DNA of 41,131 bases, from the NCBI GenBank assembly GCA_030632175.1, contig DAOVVG010000001.1, positions 1 to 41,131 of the forward strand, written 5' to 3'. Below are positions 39,494 through 41,131 of this stretch, piece after piece (the stretch's first letter is position 1; every line of letters begins with the position of its first letter). The DNA comes from Gammaproteobacteria bacterium (GTDB lineage Bacteria; Pseudomonadota; Gammaproteobacteria; UBA9214). The notes under the pieces are model-generated. The model did no database searches. It was not told the DNA's origin and saw nothing but the letters and a program-made list of their open reading frames with translations. A program made the translations under genes and the position numbers.

Positions 39494-40780
39494 TCAGCCC
39501 TTGAGCAGGGAAACATAGTTTGTCTCCGGGTTGCCCGTGTAAATCTGCCGCGGGCGTGCAATACGCGAACTTGAAGACTCATTCTGCTCTGCCCAGTGCG
39601 CGATCCAGCCGGGCAAGCGGCCAATGGCAAAGATTACCGTAAACATGTTCACCGGTATGCCGATGGCACGCAGAATAATTCCGCTGTAGAAGTCCACGTT
39701 CGGATACAGATTTCGTTCTACGAAGTAACTGTCACCCAGGGTAATTTCTTCCAGCTTGCGTGCGATGTTGAGCAGCGGGTCATCTGTCTTCATGCGCTTG
39801 AACAGACGTTCGGCCATGCGCTGCAATACCATTGCGCGCGGATCGAAGTTCTTGTAAACACGGTGACCAAACCCCATCAGGCGCTCGCCACTCTCCTTGT
39901 CCTTGGCCCGGCGCACATATTCTTCCGGTGTCATCTGTCCTTGATGGATGTGATCCAGCATCTTCAGCACCTGCACATTCGCACCCCCGTGCAACGGCCC
40001 CCAAAGCGCACCCACCCCGGCCGCACAGGAGGTAAATAAATTAGCCTGGCTGGAGCCGACCATGCGTACGGTGGAGGTACTGCAGTTCTGTTCATGGTCC
40101 GCGTGCAGAATCAGCAACAGGTTCATCGCATCACGCGTATCCTTGTCGCAGATATATTCCTCATAGGGCTGGGAAAACATCATGTGCATGAAATTAGGCA
40201 CGTAGCGCAGTTTCGGGTCCGGATAAATCAGCGGCCTGCCAAGTGAACGGCGATAGGAATAGGCCGCAATCGTCCTGATTTTACTGATCAGGCGTGCCGC
40301 GACCGCCTCCAGCTGGGTAAGATCATCGACGTCCTGGAATTCAGGATGAAAACAGGATAGCGCGTTGATCATGGCCGACAGCGTCGCCATCGGTGGTGAG
40401 GAACGCGGAAACCCCTGAAAACTGTGTTTCATGGACTCGTCAATATTGGCGGTATGCGTGAGCAGGTCACTGAAGCGTGCATACTCCTCCGGGGTCGGCA
40501 ATTGCCCGAAGATCAGCAGCCAGGCCACCTCGACGAAATTGGGACTCTGTTCAAACTGTTCGATGGGGATACCGCGATAGCGCAAAATGCCCTTTTCTCC
40601 ATCGATGAAGGTAATTGCACTTTCACAGCTGCCGGTATTGCCATAGCCGGGGTCCAGACTGATCAGACCCGTTTGTGCGCGCAACTTGCTGATATCAACA
40701 GCACGCTCCCCCTCCGTTCCCTGAACAACCGGCAGGGTATGCTCCTTGCCATCAATCGTCAGCGTTACTGTGTCTGTCAT
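39494..40780 (-). CDS. gltA: Citrate synthase (type II)
   Basis: TLTIDGKEHTLPV..., ILHADHEQNCSTSTVR and the GFGHRVYKNFDPRA signature. 428 aa. Confidence 0.95.
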   Translation of the reverse strand: MTDTVTLTIDGKEHTLPVVQGTEGERAVDISKLRAQTGLISLDPGYGNTGSCESAITFIDGEKGILRYRGIPIEQFEQSPNFVEVAWLLIFGQLPTPEEYARFSDLLTHTANIDESMKHSFQGFPRSSPPMATLSAMINALSCFHPEFQDVDDLTQLEAVAARLISKIRTIAAYSYRRSLGRPLIYPDPKLRYVPNFMHMMFSQPYEEYICDKDTRDAMNLLLILHADHEQNCSTSTVRMVGSSQANLFTSCAAGVGALWGPLHGGANVQVLKMLDHIHQGQMTPEEYVRRAKDKESGERLMGFGHRVYKNFDPRAMVLQRMAERLFKRMKTDDPLLNIARKLEEITLGDSYFVERNLYPNVDFYSGIILRAIGIPVNMFTVIFAIGRLPGWIAHWAEQNESSSSRIARPRQIYTGNPETNYVSLLKG

Positions 40781-40891
40781 TACTGTTCTCCTGAAACAAA
40801 CCGGCTGAGCAAATTCAGCGGCCCTTCAATTCACCTTGATGAAATACATAATGCGCCATGGGAGTGCTGACCGAAAGCAGCCAGAACCCGG

Positions 40892-41131
40892 CTAGTGTCG
40901 TTTTACGCCCGACTGGATACTGATCAGGTCATCAAATCGCTTGATCTGCGACAGCAGCTTGCCAGCCGGAGGGTCTTGCTTGCGAAGCTGCTCCTGCGCA
41001 TAGACAAAAATCCCGCTTTTTGCCGGTAACGGTTTTCTATACTCCAGAATCTGTTTCATACGCGGCAAAAATATCCATTGCAGCCACTGTTCAAAGCTGA
41101 GGGTATCGATACAAAAAGGTTCTGAGCTGCT
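40892..41131 (-). CDS. yqcC: YqcC-family protein (DUF446); N-terminus lies beyond the window end
   Basis: Missing from the ORF track because it reaches the window edge. My minus-strand translation is ...SSSEPFCIDTLSFEQWLQWIFLPRMKQILEYRKPLPAKSGIFVYAQEQL...RH, ending at the TAG at 40894-40892. The PFCxDTL..WLQWxFLPRM core is typical of YqcC. Confidence 0.7.
   Translation of the reverse strand, partial: SSSEPFCIDTLSFEQWLQWIFLPRMKQILEYRKPLPAKSGIFVYAQEQLRKQDPPAGKLLSQIKRFDDLISIQSGVKRH

Overview
This looks like a 41-kb core-chromosome window from a moderately GC-rich gammaproteobacterium. Gene order resembles Pseudomonas, Xanthomonas and Chromatiales genomes. I call 45 CDS, two of them cut by the window edges.

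Gene order, left to right:
- guaA and guaB, divergent from xseA
- an M23 peptidase plus a small ORF
- a macro-domain gene, divergent from an unusual HTH-[2Fe-2S]-FNR-like fusion
- sspB and sspA
- petCBA (cytochrome bc1)
- a Nif3-family gene, divergent from a degS/algW-like protease
- a minus-strand block: mlaF-E-D-B, ibaG, murA, hisG, hisD, hisC
- yrbG
- a plus-strand array with many overlapping start/stop codons: kdsD, kdsC, lptC, lptA, lptB, rpoN, hpf, ptsN, hprK, rapZ, EIIA(Man), HPr, ptsI
- mgtE, pmbA, yjgA
- a DUF427-class III nucleotide cyclase fusion
- an NMO/FabK-like oxidoreductase and a hotdog thioesterase
- gltA and yqcC

I found no rRNA, tRNA, CRISPR array, transposase, integrase, phage gene or recognisable defence or toxin system.

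Two families of extragenic repeats fill several intergenic gaps: GTAG-type REP doublets, and a modular hairpin repeat.

The best candidates for something undescribed are:
- the HTH-ferredoxin-FNR-like protein, whose FNR-like domain has degenerate cofactor motifs (possibly a redox-sensing DNA-binding protein), next to the macro-domain gene
- the DUF427-cyclase fusion
- a sigma-54-type -24/-12 element directly upstream of rpoN

All calls rest on reading the translations and recognising motifs. I ran no database search, so family assignments need HMM or BLAST confirmation.
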